Assembly (NCBI GenBank): GCA_963725225.1
Contig: CAVRXY010000016.1
Location: 91,185 to 155,184 of the forward strand
Direction of reading: 5' to 3'
From: an uncultured Acidobacteriaceae bacterium
Lineage (GTDB): Bacteria > Acidobacteriota > Terriglobia > Terriglobales > Acidobacteriaceae
DNA: 64,000 nucleotides
Part shown: positions 17,866 through 29,200 of the stretch, one piece after another
How positions within the stretch are numbered: the first letter of the stretch is position 1
Layout of the letters: every line of letters begins with the position of its first letter
Program-made: the position numbers and the translations under genes
The notes under the pieces: generated by a model
Told to the model about the DNA's origin: nothing
What the model saw: the letters and a program-made list of their open reading frames with translations, nothing else
The model's database searches: none

Positions 17866-18970
17866 ATGAAACTTGGACTTGGCTTATATCGCCACATGTT
17901 GACCCCCGAGTACTACGCCTTCGCGGCGCAGGCGGGATGCACTCACGTGGTAGCTCATCTTGTCGACTATTTCAAAGGCGGTGTTTCTAACCCGTCAAAC
18001 AACCAACCCACAGGCGGAAGAGATGGCGCGTGGGGAGTTGCAGGCGACCCGCAACATCTCTGGACGCTGAAAGAACTCTCCGACCTGAAAGCTGAAATGC
18101 AGGCTTCGGGATTGCATCTGGAAGCCATCGAGAACATCGATCCTGCGCACTGGCACGACATTCTGCTCGATGGCCCAAAGCGAGCCGCACACATCGAGAA
18201 TGTGAAGACGATCATCCGCCGGATGGGAGAAGCGGGGATACCGATTCTTGGCTACAACTTCAGTCTCGCGGGCGTGTGCGGGCGCATCCGTGGGCCGTTT
18301 GCGCGGGGTGGTGCTATTTCTGTCGGTCTCGATGGCCCGGTCGACACGCCGATTCCAAATGGCATGGTCTGGAACATGATCTACGATCGAGCATGCGCCG
18401 ACAGGCACCATTCCGACTATTTCGCACGAAGAGCTATGGTCACGATTTGGGCGGTTTCTCGATGAGGTTCTCCCCGTCGCGGAAGAGGCCGGGGTAACGC
18501 TCGCCGCTCATCCCGATGATCCTCCTCTGCCGACGATGCGACAGCAGCCTCGGCTGGTCTATCAGCACTATATGTATCAGCAACTGATCGATATTAACCC
18601 CAGTCCCAGGAACGGTCTGGAGTTCTGTCTTGGAACACTTGCCGAAATGAGCGACGGCGACCTCTACAGCGCTGTTGATCAATACAGCCGGCAGCACCGC
18701 ATTGCCTATGTTCATTTCCGTAATGTTCACGGCAAGGTTCCTCATTATCGGGAGGCGTTTATTGACGATGGCGACATCGATATGCTGCGAATCCTGTCTA
18801 TCCTCGACCGCAACGGATTCGACGGCGTGCTCATCCCCGATCACACTCCGCAAATGAGCTGCGCTGCTCCCTGGCATGCAGGCATGGCGCACACCCTGGG
18901 ATTCATGCGCGCGGCGCTTATGAGCCTCAAGAGAGAATCTCGCGCCAGCAATTCGGATGTGCTCCAGTGA
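17866..18970 (+). CDS. UxuA-type mannonate dehydratase-like TIM-barrel protein, reading frame broken near 18380-18395
   Basis: The N-terminal part is MKLGLGLYRHML...PIPNGMVWNMIYD (frame 1). The C-terminal part is ...TISHEELWSRFGRFLDEVLPVAEEAGVTLAAHPDDPP...VHFRNVHG...IPDHTP (frame 2). Confidence 0.75.
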
Positions 18971-19989
18971 ATATTGGCGCGGGAATCGCGATAGCCGCGA
19001 TCGCCGGAGTCATGAACGGCCTCTTTCCTTTGCCCATGAAAGCCAACAAGGCGTGGGCCTGGGAGAATAACTGGCTGCCGTTCAGCGTCCTGTCCCTCTT
19101 GCTCTTCCCCGCAGTCATCACGTGGTATAGCGTGCCTCAGCTTTCTGTGGCGATTCAGCATGTGACTCTTGTCGACGTCATCGCCACGATGATTTGTGGC
19201 GCGCTCGTTTACACCGGGTCGCTTCTCTTTGGTATCTCCGTCGTCTATGCCGGACTTACCCTGAGCTTTGCGCTGCTGGTCGGATCGATGAATGTCATCG
19301 GCATCCTGGTCCCGCGGCTGTTGCTCAACCGTTCCCTCCTTGGTTCAGGATCTGACTGGCTGGTGCTTGCCGGCGTGGCCCTCTCCACAGTTTCTGTCGT
19401 CCTGGGATTTCTGGCCAGTAAGTGGAAAGGCAGGGACAAAGAAGGTATTGCGCAGGCACCGCCACAACGCATACTGGGATCTATCCTGGCAATGCTCGGA
19501 GGAATGCTTTCGGGATTACTGCCCGTTGCCGTGGCGATGTCGTGGTCACATCGTCTTTTCAGCTCGGCGATCAGCTATGGCCGCGCATCTCCCGTTGGAG
19601 CATCGAATGCCGTTCTCTCCCTGATTCTCATTGGGGGAGCCATCCCAAATTGCAGCTACTGTCTATATCTGCTATGGAAAAAGCGCACCGGCGGCAATTA
19701 CCTGACACACAATCGCTACTGGGTGACCATTCTCGCGATGGCAATCCTGTACTCAGCAAGCGTAGCTCTGTGGGGTGTCGCGATTTCTCCGTCCTTGCTC
19801 GGCGCCTTAGGCTCTTCCGTGGGCTGGGCGTTATTTGTCGGGATGATTGTCCTGAGTTCAACGGCTGCGGGACTCTTTTCAGGTGAATGGAAGAACGCCG
19901 CTCCACGCGCGTTCACTGCGCTCGCCGGAGGAATCGTGTGCCTGCTGACGTCGATGGTTTTGATATGTGTAGGCAACTATATTGGATAG
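18967..19989 (+). CDS. RhaT-family sugar:proton symporter (second copy)
   Basis: AIAGVMNGLFPLPMKANKAWAWENNWL. The 4-bp start/stop overlap with the upstream gene suggests translational coupling. Confidence 0.75.
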   Translation: MNIGAGIAIAAIAGVMNGLFPLPMKANKAWAWENNWLPFSVLSLLLFPAVITWYSVPQLSVAIQHVTLVDVIATMICGALVYTGSLLFGISVVYAGLTLSFALLVGSMNVIGILVPRLLLNRSLLGSGSDWLVLAGVALSTVSVVLGFLASKWKGRDKEGIAQAPPQRILGSILAMLGGMLSGLLPVAVAMSWSHRLFSSAISYGRASPVGASNAVLSLILIGGAIPNCSYCLYLLWKKRTGGNYLTHNRYWVTILAMAILYSASVALWGVAISPSLLGALGSSVGWALFVGMIVLSSTAAGLFSGEWKNAAPRAFTALAGGIVCLLTSMVLICVGNYIG

Positions 19990-20041
19990 TCACACTTAGC
20001 TAACAGACTTACTCCTGATAGTTGCTGTGAGTAATCCTGAC

Positions 20042-22186
20042 TTATAGCCTGATTACAAAGCGAAACTTCATATCACTTCCGTACCACTGCGGAAAGGCCG
20101 TGCCCCAAAGGTTGTTGTACAGATTTACGTGCACTCCTTCACGCATGTCAGGCTGTTGGTTGTTGAAGTTCAGCAGCGATCTCTGGCCGGGAGCTACGAG
20201 CGGTGCATCCAATGTCTCCAGCGTGAAACTTCCCTTTCCGTCGCGATAGCTGACATCTTTCGTCACGGCGTGGAGATGCCGGTTGCCGTTTTCGATCACG
20301 TCTAACGGCGATATAGGTTGATTCACCTTTTCAAATTGCCATCCATTGCCGTCGGGCGCGTCTGGTGAAAAGGAAAACCACATCGCCTCAGCAAGGCGAT
20401 TCGGCCGCTTGCCGAAGCACTGCAGGGTGACGTACACGCTACGTTCATTGGCGGGAAAAAGGTACTCCACCACCATTTGCTCTGGCCAGCTGACAAAGTC
20501 CTTCAGGGTCGGATCAGGCTGCGGCATCTTCAGGTCCGCAATAATGCGGTGTCCCTTGGCGTCCTCGCCACCTGAACAATGCTGCAAAGCAGGTTGCCAA
20601 GTTCGGCTCTCCACTGGGAACTTGTCCATTCCGGGCTTGCCGAAGTCGTTGTAGGCGAAACTTTGCGTGTTGTATTGAGCGTTGAAGCGCGCAAAATCCG
20701 CGCTCGTAAAGGTCTGGTAGCTGAACAGCGCAAGCGGATGCTCCGGCGATGCCCACTCCCGGCCGGTTTTCCGGTCTCTCAGCTTCACGATCGCTCCATG
20801 AGACGGATCAAGCGAGACGACAAAGTTTGGCGTCTCGAAATTCGCCACAGACCCAAGCTCGCGCAGAGATTTTTTCTCGGGAAAAGTCGGCTCGAGAAAC
20901 TCCAACCGCGAGCGCGCCTCCTGTTGCAATCCAGGGGGAAGTGTCAACACGGCAATGTCCACATTTCGACGCTTGGCCGTCCACTCATCATCCATCTTTT
21001 GAAACTCAGGCTTTTCAAGCCTTGCTGTGCGAACTTGTTCGGGGGTGTAGATGCCTGGATTTTTCAAGTACTGGCCCGTAGAAAGACCCCAGTTATGTTC
21101 GGGCATCAGGATCAACCGGGACGTAAATGCCATGTCCACGGCATCTCCTGCGTGGAGGCGCCCGTCAGCCAGCCACTCCCCCCGCAAACGGCATAGCTCG
21201 CGATATCGCGCCACCTTGCCCGGATCGCTTGCCGGGCCGTAGATCCAGGTGTCCCCTATCTCCTGCGTCACCACCGGCAGGCTCCCGCGTACGCCTCGCA
21301 GTGCCTCAGCAATCGTGCTCAGATTTGTGGCAACAATCCGCGCGCCCGGAAATCGGTTGCGTAACGTTGTGTAGTAGGCTTTCACTTGCTGCGCGGTATG
21401 AGGACCAGAGTTGTCGATCGCCACCCTTATCGAAACCGCCACGTCTGTTCCCGGAATGGCTACCGTACCGCCATAGTCGAGCGGATGGTAGAGCACCATC
21501 AATTGTTCTCCAGTCGGATTGCGCCAGTTGAATAAGTGGCAATGCGGTTCAAGGGGCTCGGCATTTTCCGCTGTTGCACCAACGGCTCCGTTCGCAGGAA
21601 GAAAGGGCACGTCGGGAGCCCGGCATCCGGGGTTGTCACCGATATCCAGAAATTCGATGCCCGCGTCGACAAGAGGCGAGATCAACCCGCGAGTATGGCC
21701 CGGCACATCGGTGAACTTTCCTGCGATTGTCTTCTTACCGAATCGTTGATCAAGAGCGGCAGAAATCTTCAATGCCGATGCAATCAGAGATCGGTCCAGC
21801 ATTTCCGACTGCCAGGTAAACGGCATCGCGTGCCAGGCAATATCCCCGGAGAGGATCGCATTTTCCATTCGCCTGCGGTCCGTGGATGAAGCCTGTTCCA
21901 GGTACTGATAAATCATCCACGCTGCAATCGTCCAAACGTAGCGCTCTTCTCCCTGTGAGTTACGAAGGGTCTCGGCCAGATCGATGGCGCGAGGAAGATA
22001 CTGGTCAAAATACGTGAGAAGCACATTTCGTTCTGTGTCCGTAAAACCGACATCGAGATGACACTTCGAGACAACATAGACAGTTTTAATCGTCTGGTCT
22101 GGTTGAGTACCCACGGCGCCTGCGTAGGCTGCAAGCGGGCTGATGGAAGCCATGGTCATACCCTTCAGAAACTCGCGCCGATCCAT
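20042..22186 (-). CDS. GH38-N-domain-like (DUF5054-type) glycoside hydrolase with a Tat signal
   Basis: The start is set at MDRREFLKG (twin-arginine), with AAGGAG 7 nt upstream. YVVSKCHLDVGFTD is the GH38-like metal motif. Confidence 0.6.
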   Translation of the reverse strand: MDRREFLKGMTMASISPLAAYAGAVGTQPDQTIKTVYVVSKCHLDVGFTDTERNVLLTYFDQYLPRAIDLAETLRNSQGEERYVWTIAAWMIYQYLEQASSTDRRRMENAILSGDIAWHAMPFTWQSEMLDRSLIASALKISAALDQRFGKKTIAGKFTDVPGHTRGLISPLVDAGIEFLDIGDNPGCRAPDVPFLPANGAVGATAENAEPLEPHCHLFNWRNPTGEQLMVLYHPLDYGGTVAIPGTDVAVSIRVAIDNSGPHTAQQVKAYYTTLRNRFPGARIVATNLSTIAEALRGVRGSLPVVTQEIGDTWIYGPASDPGKVARYRELCRLRGEWLADGRLHAGDAVDMAFTSRLILMPEHNWGLSTGQYLKNPGIYTPEQVRTARLEKPEFQKMDDEWTAKRRNVDIAVLTLPPGLQQEARSRLEFLEPTFPEKKSLRELGSVANFETPNFVVSLDPSHGAIVKLRDRKTGREWASPEHPLALFSYQTFTSADFARFNAQYNTQSFAYNDFGKPGMDKFPVESRTWQPALQHCSGGEDAKGHRIIADLKMPQPDPTLKDFVSWPEQMVVEYLFPANERSVYVTLQCFGKRPNRLAEAMWFSFSPDAPDGNGWQFEKVNQPISPLDVIENGNRHLHAVTKDVSYRDGKGSFTLETLDAPLVAPGQRSLLNFNNQQPDMREGVHVNLYNNLWGTAFPQWYGSDMKFRFVIRL

Positions 22187-22201
22187 ACGCCACTCCTTTT
22201 G

Positions 22202-22214
22202 CATACTGTATACA
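22202..22214 (+). promoter_or_regulatory. operator-like motif CATACTGTATACA, 16 bp upstream of the GH38-like gene start
   Basis: Identical 13-mer; the flank TTTGCATACTGTATACA is shared with the 33261-33277 site. Confidence 0.6.
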
Positions 22215-22281
22215 TTTCTATTAAACACGAACCTATTTACGCCAAACGTAAGCGCTTCTCTCGTTCTCTTAACCTGTCGCT

Positions 22282-22974
22282 CTACGGGACGACAGCCTGC
22301 GTATGTGCCAGGCTGGAGTAGCGCTCCGGATTCGTATAACGATGGCGCAAGTGCTTCATAATCGCGGCCTCCGGGCTCATGTTTGACTTGCCCAGAATCA
22401 CATCCAGAAGATCGCGATGATGACGTAACGGCCAATGAAGCGCGCTATGGGCCGTCATATAAGCAAGTGCCTGATGCGAGAAAAGAACCGTCACCAGGGA
22501 ATTCAGAGTTTTCTCAAGGTACGGATTCCCCGTTGTGGACCAGACCATCCGGTGAAACTCGAGATCCAGTTTCGATGCATCGAAGTCCGACTCGGTGTTG
22601 GTGCTCTCCATCTTCTCCACGAGTGACTCCAGACGTTTCTCAAAGCTGGGAGTCAGATTCGCACGGCACAGTTTAATGGCCTCGGCCTCAAGCACAATCC
22701 GCAGGCTGTTGATTCTCTGAACGTCCTCCTCGCTCAGCATGACAACAAACATGCCGCGGCGGGGATGATTCATCACCAGGCCCTGCTCCTGCAACTGAAG
22801 CAAGGCCTCACGCACAGGAATTCTGCTCACTCCGAATTGCTGGGCAAGATGGGTCTCATTGAGTCTCTCGCCGGGCTTGAAAACTGCGGTCAGAATTGCA
22901 TTGCGGATCCGCTCGACAACATGGGTCTTTAGTGTGGCCCGGGGAAGTTCAGAAAGCTGCGGTGTGGGTGCCAT
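22282..22974 (-). CDS. GntR/FadR-family transcriptional regulator
   Basis: The start is set at MAPTPQ. Winged HTH (LNETHLAQQFGVSRIPVREALLQLQEQGLV) plus an all-helical FCD-like C-terminal domain. Confidence 0.85.
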   Translation of the reverse strand: MAPTPQLSELPRATLKTHVVERIRNAILTAVFKPGERLNETHLAQQFGVSRIPVREALLQLQEQGLVMNHPRRGMFVVMLSEEDVQRINSLRIVLEAEAIKLCRANLTPSFEKRLESLVEKMESTNTESDFDASKLDLEFHRMVWSTTGNPYLEKTLNSLVTVLFSHQALAYMTAHSALHWPLRHHRDLLDVILGKSNMSPEAAIMKHLRHRYTNPERYSSLAHTQAVVP

Positions 22975-23014
22975 TTCGTAGCAGGATTCTTTCAATCGAT
23001 CCGAATAAACGCCT

Positions 23015-23029
23015 ACAGTATACAGTGTG
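23015..23029 (-). promoter_or_regulatory. degenerate copy of the operator (CACACTGTATACTGT on the minus strand), ~40 bp upstream of the gntR start
   Basis: Two mismatches to CATACTGTATACA. The position suggests autoregulation. Confidence 0.4.
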
Positions 23030-23107
23030 TCGCCGCAAATCTCGATCACTTTAGTGATGCCTGATCCCATAACACCAACCATTCCCCGGTCAGTCCAACG
23101 CAGACGT

Positions 23108-24274
23108 TTATGGACCTCCGGACAGCACTTCCTTGATCCTCCGGTCGCTCAGTTCTGTCACCGTATCCGTGGTCTGCGTCTGTAGTTGCTGATAGAGCCC
23201 TTGGGCTTCCTGCCGCTTACCCACTGAGAAATAGGCTCGAGCCAGGTTATAAGTGGCGCTCCTCATCGTTGGATCGATCTTGTGGGCTATTTCCAGATCT
23301 GCAACTGCTCTCTGCGGATTCCCTTCCGCCAGGAGCAGCTTCCCGCGCAGCGTTCGGGCAGGTACAGAGTTGCCGTCGATCCGGATGGCCTTATCCAATT
23401 CGGCGATCGCCGCATCAGTCTTCGTTGGCTCTAGCTTCAGCAGGCATTCGGCCAGCAGATAGTACAAATCCGAACTGGTGACCCCGGCCTGGAGTGCGCT
23501 TCTGAGGTCGGCCGCCGCGGCTGCGTAGTTGTTCAACTTGTAATCGGTCAGCGCCAGAAAGAAGCGGGGATCGGCCTTCTCCGGTGAAATTTTCACAGCG
23601 CTCTCAAAGTCGCTGCGCGCGTCGTTCAACTGACCCAGCAAAGTATCCGTTGCGCCGCGAACGATAAGTGGCTCCGCATTATGCGGAAAGACAGTCACAC
23701 ACTCTGTTGCGACCTTCTTAGCCTCTGCAAACTGGCCGGCATCGGTCAACAGCGTTATCAGGTTTAGATAAGAGAACAAATCTTGCGGATGCTCCTGAAG
23801 CTGCGCACGGAGAATCAGATAAGCATTCTGATATTGACCGAGCTTCGCATACGATACGGCGAGAAGGTTGGCACAGTCAGGATTCAGCTCATGCTTTTCC
23901 TGTTCAGCCTTAAGAGTCTTGATGGCCGACGGATAATCCCCGAGTTCGAATTCCGCTAGCGCGACTGCATAGGCATGAGTCAACGGGTCCGGTACATCTG
24001 CATCGACCCGGGCAAAGAACTTCAGCGCAGTCTTGAAGTCATGCGCCTTGCCGTAAGACCAGGCGATATTAAAGGTCTCGATCTGGGAGAGATTCGGGCA
24101 TTGTCCTACCTTTTGCAGCAGAAGCCTCCCCTCTGACTCCTGATGTTGCTTCAACAGACCGTCGACACGGCGCAGAGCATCCCGCACATCGCAAGCGTTC
24201 CCCATTTCTTGCCCGCTTCCCTGCGCTCTCGCCCGAGTGACAGAACCAGCGAAGAAGAGCAGCATGAGCGCCAA
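23108..24274 (-). CDS. secreted TPR-repeat protein
   Basis: Short signal peptide followed by ~8 TPR-like units (repeated A..Y..A....G pattern). Confidence 0.7.
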   Translation of the reverse strand: MALMLLFFAGSVTRARAQGSGQEMGNACDVRDALRRVDGLLKQHQESEGRLLLQKVGQCPNLSQIETFNIAWSYGKAHDFKTALKFFARVDADVPDPLTHAYAVALAEFELGDYPSAIKTLKAEQEKHELNPDCANLLAVSYAKLGQYQNAYLILRAQLQEHPQDLFSYLNLITLLTDAGQFAEAKKVATECVTVFPHNAEPLIVRGATDTLLGQLNDARSDFESAVKISPEKADPRFFLALTDYKLNNYAAAAADLRSALQAGVTSSDLYYLLAECLLKLEPTKTDAAIAELDKAIRIDGNSVPARTLRGKLLLAEGNPQRAVADLEIAHKIDPTMRSATYNLARAYFSVGKRQEAQGLYQQLQTQTTDTVTELSDRRIKEVLSGGP

Positions 24275-24330
24275 GACCGAGCCGGAACATCATCCTGCAT
24301 CGGCACGTCCTCACGCAGCACATCTTTGTT

Positions 24331-26098
24331 CTAGGTCGCATGGAACTGAGTCTTAGCGACAATTCCCTTGCCTTCCTGCACCGTAATCAGCTGATCGGCG
24401 TCGATCGCTTTCAGGTGCTCAATCTGGCCGCTGGGCCAGAAGATATCCAAATCGACCCGCTGCGACGCGCCCAGTCCGAAATGAAGCCGGGGATCATTCG
24501 CAGAAAGATAACTCGACTGGCTCGCCAGGCTTTGAGCATTGCTCTTCCCGTCATAGTGGGCGACAACCCGCGCTCCGATAGCGCTTCGATTCGATTTCGT
24601 GCCGATCAGCTTCACCTTGATCCAGTGATGCTTGCCCTTCATATCGTTCCGCAGCAGCGAAGGCGGTTCATTCATATTCACGATAAGGATGTCGAGATCG
24701 CCATCGTTATCGAAATCTCCAAAGGCACAGCCTCGACTGGAGTGAGGAGTCATCACTCCGGGCCCCGCCTGCTGACCGATCTCCTCGAATGTGCCGTCAC
24801 CCAGGTTTCTGAACAACAGCCTTCGGCTCTTGTTTGGATACTGCGGAAGCTTCTTCTCTATCTCGGGATAGACGCTCCCGGTCACGAGAAAAATGTCGGG
24901 ATATCCATCGTTATCCAGATCCACCATGCCCGTTCCCCAACTCGTGTAACGCGACTCTACCCCGATGCGGCTGGTCCGCGTCGCATCCTGGAAATTTGCG
25001 TGCCCATCATTTCGATATAGATCGCTGGTATCGTCCGAAAAGTTGGTCTTGAAGAGATCGAGGTGCCCATCCAGGTTGAAGTCTCCCACACCTACTCCCA
25101 TCCCGGCTTGCTCCGCGCCGTCGTCGCTCAGCGCAACTCCGCGAAACAGCCCTTCTTCCCGGAACGTTCCGTCGTGATTGTTCATATATAGGAGGCTTGG
25201 AGTGGAGTCGCAGGCAACGTAGATGTCCTGCCAACCATCTTCATCGAAATCCGCCGCGACGACTGTCATCCCATAGGCCCGAGGCGGCCCGTCGATCTTG
25301 GCCTGTTTGGTTACATCCGTAAACGTTCCGTCGCCATTGTTCCGATAGAGCACATGCGCTCCTGGAAAAGCCTGGGGTCAGGCCCCGCGGCCCGCAGTTC
25401 ACAGGATTGCCTTTCCAATTGCAGTTCAGATCGCTCGCGGGGGTCGGCGCAGTTTTCAGGTCATACTGAATATAGGTGGAGAGGAACAGATCCAGGTTCC
25501 CGTCGCGATCATAGTCGACGAATGTACAACCCGCACCCCAACTCGGAGGGGTCGTCGTCAGCGCCAGCCCCGCCCGCTGCGTTACATCGGTGAAAGTTCC
25601 ATCGCCGTTGTTGCGATAGAGTTTGTTCTGACCGTAGTACGTACAGAACAGATCCTCAAAGCCATCGTTGTTGTAATCGCCGACACAGACTCCCATAGCC
25701 CACCCGGTCGAGAGCAAGCCGGCTTTCTCTGTGACATCCGTAAAGGTTCCGTCGCGATTGTTCTTGTAGAGACGGTTGCTGGCATTCGCCGGAGTTCCGT
25801 TCAACCGCATTCCCGACAGCACAAAGAGATCCATCCAGCCATCGTTGTCATAGTCGATGAAGGCACAGCCGCAGCCGTCCGCTTCGAGGATGTACTCCTT
25901 ATGATCGACGCCCCCATAAATGGTTGGAAATGTAAGGCCCGCACGCGCGGCCACATCCACGAAAGAAGCATCGAAAGGGCGGCCCGATGGTGCGGGAAGA
26001 TCGCCCTGCTTCAGGCCCCTTGAGGCGACCTGCCCAAACAGCTGCATGCCCCATGCACTACCGCACAGATAGAGAAAGCTGCGACGAGAAAAACTCAT
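24331..26098 (-). CDS. CRTAC1-family protein (FG-GAP/VCBS repeats plus ASPIC/UnbV), reading frame broken at 25374-25377
   Basis: Repeated LYKNNRDGTFTDVTEKAGL / LYRNNGDGTFTDVT units, and a C-terminal GTKSNRSAIGARV...RLHFGLG (UnbV). The two ORFs (25241-26098 and 24331-25353) join as ...CGPRGLT|PQAFPGAHVLYRNNGDG across a G4/C4 run. Confidence 0.75.
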
Positions 26099-26238
26099 TC
26101 GTGAAGGAGAATACCTCCAACGGCTCGCCGGAACTGCTGCAGGGAGAACAGAGAATACCTCAGGGCCAGTTATGCGGCGGTGACGCCGCCTCCTTCAAGT
26201 ATCTTTTATACGCCGTCCGATATTCTTCGCGCACAACA

Positions 26239-29200
26239 TCACTGAGCCTTGCACATGTCCGCCCCGATGATTCGAACCGAGGCGATTTCATGAGGATGGA
26301 TCGTGAAGCTGAATGTGTTGTCTCCGGAAAGCGAAAGCTTCTCCCCGTCCTTCTCCACGGCATTGGTCTGCAATGCCTGCTCCAGATGCAGAAGCGGAAC
26401 GCGAACGGTCACCGTACGCTGCTGACCTCCAAGATCCAGGAAGCGAAGAATCGTGCCATTACCGTCTTCGGCAGCCTTCCAGGTCTCAAAGAGCAGATCA
26501 GGATCATCCACACTCAGGAAGCTGTCCGCCTTCGGGTCCAGAATGCAGGCTGCCCCGGACACGCCGATCATTTTATCTGCGATCTCGCTTGCCTGGTTGT
26601 TGCTGGTCCCTGACTCCTGCGCCGCCGAGAGTGCCTTATCCTGCGTGGTCACGATATTCGCCTCGAGCGGAGTGATCTCCTCCCAGCCCAGCCGGCTCAA
26701 TTCGGGCGCGTCGGTCGCGGTCGAACTCGTAAGAATGTAGTGGAATTTGAAGTGTCCTCCCTGCCCGGCCCGGTAGTTCGTGTCCCAATAGTTGTTCATG
26801 ATGTAAGAGAAGACGGTACCGTCGCGCTTCTCGAACTTCTCCGGCCACTCGCCGCGGTTAATATCGCCAAAGGTTGCCAGTGCCGCATCGAGCGGCAGCA
26901 AACCCACGGAGACCCCGCCTTCATTCAGCGCAATCCAATGCTGCACGGAGAGCCACTCGTGCCCGGCGCCCGGATACATATCTTTTGCCGGGTTGACGAC
27001 GCCGTTTTGCACTTCGTATTGAATTTCCGGCTGCTTCATCGCGAACGGGAAAGCGAAATACACGCCTTCCTTCGTGTCGACGTCCTTCTTCTCAACATCC
27101 TCGACAAGTTCTATCTTCTTCGTCTGATCAAAGAGTCGAATCTCGCTGGTGATGGAGGGAGTATTGACGTCGCTGCTCCTCATGCGCGCGACCGACGCAT
27201 AAGGAGTGCGAGAAACCGAAACCACGCTGCCTCCTTCCGACGGGTGAACATCGAGCGCAGGCTTCGGATACACGTGGCTGTATTGCAGAACCGTGTTCGG
27301 TGCCTTGTCCCCTCCGGTCACGTATAAGTACTGGCCGAATCGATATGGACTGTTCTGGTTCACCAGCTCGCGATTCAGCTGCTTGTCATAGATGCTCTTG
27401 ATCGCGCCGGCCGATGGATCGAGCGTCACACGATAGTAGGTGTTCTCCAGCGTTAAGTCCTGCTGAGTCGCGGGAGCCGGAGATGGAGCTGTCGACGGCC
27501 GCATCTCGTAGACCTTGTATCCAACCGGCGGGATATCCGTTGCCATGAACTGAGCATGATAAAAACTCGGGCCCTTATATAGGGTTTCGACGGGAACCGT
27601 TTGCCCCGTAGATAGATCGACGAGGTCAGAATTCTTCGTAATGTCGATCGAGACCAGGCCGCTGCGTTTCCAGTTAAGGCTGTTAAAGACGACAACCTTA
27701 TTTGCACCTACTGGTATAGCGCCGGTCAGGCTTGCCATACTGTTACGCGTAATGAAATCGGCGATGGCCTGGGCGCTGACAGCGTATTGATCCTTGACCT
27801 TCAGCTGCTTGATCGCTTCCATGCTGGTCGGATCAGAAATGCTGTTGTACGAATCCCATGTGTGTTCATCCATAAGGATCATGTTTGTCCACATACGGTC
27901 CAGATCAGCCATGTCCGGCCGCAACAGAGGATTCACGATCGAGGTGAGCGTGGCGAATTTCTCCGCCGTCGGAGCGCGTCCTTCATTCCAGCGCTCAATC
28001 CCCGCATAATAGGCGTCCGACGCGATTCCATCTTCCCAATAAGGGCCACCGTCTCCGCGAATCGTTGGGATATCGTTGCCGAATTGTTGCTGAATCGATC
28101 GAAGGGCATCGTAAAAGCCCGAGTATTCCAAGTGTGGATATGCGTAGGCTTCATTCCACTTCTTAACAAGCTGTGCCTGTTGCGGGAACAAGTCGGTATT
28201 TTCCACCTGCGTGCCATACATCATCGTTTCATCCGCATGATATCCGGGCCCCTCGTACATCTGTAAAAAGAGCGGCAGGGTATCGCGCCCTGCCGCCATT
28301 ACGGGAGGCAACCCAAAAAGCATCTGCATCTGCTGATAAATCCGTGAATACCAGAGGAGCACCTTGCTTCCGTCGGGCCCCTCCCACCACATCGGCGAAT
28401 TCTCATTCAAGCGGCCCTGCAGCAACACCGGAGCACGGTAGTTATTGCTGCCGCCTGCGAGATAGTTGATTCCTGCAGCTGCCAACACAGAGGCATAGGA
28501 CCATGAATACGAGGGCACATCTGTGATATTGGCGTAGTTGAATGGCGTTCCATGCACGCGGCTGAAGTTGGCACTGGGATAAAGAGAGCGGATCAGGGTC
28601 TCAGCCGTCGGAAATCCGGTCAGCAGGTTTGCATACTGCGCGGGAACATACAGCTTTTTGTCCTCAACGGCTTTCACCGCACGAGCCCGTTGCGCGGGCG
28701 TGTGTGTCTTCAGAAACTGCTCCAGATCCCATTCGCCATCCAGGCTATATCGGAAATCCGGGTTCTGATCGATCATCCCCAGAGCTTCATCGATATCCCG
28801 GCTCTGAATCGCGGCAACCTTAGCCTGGTAGTCCGAATAACCGACGTCCACGTGAATGTGCGGCACGACGAAGATCGTCCACTTCTTTTGCGGGCTGATT
28901 TGTTGCCGGCTTTGTTGCGAATGACCCTCGTTCTTCCAGCTAAGCTGCGCATTCGTATTCTTCGGAAACTCAGAGACCAGAAACGCCAGCTTCTCTTCTC
29001 CGAAATCGCGCCTGCCCTGAATCGCCTGGTGATAGGCTTTGCCATCCACAGTCAGATCCACTGCGGTGCCCGCATCAAATGGCTTTGCCGATCGAAGGAA
29101 GACCTCGACCACCTCTTTGATGTTGCCGCCGTCCTGGTGAAAGAAAACCGTAGGCACGATCAGAGCAGCGAAAGCATCGCGGTCACTTGGACCGGTTACG

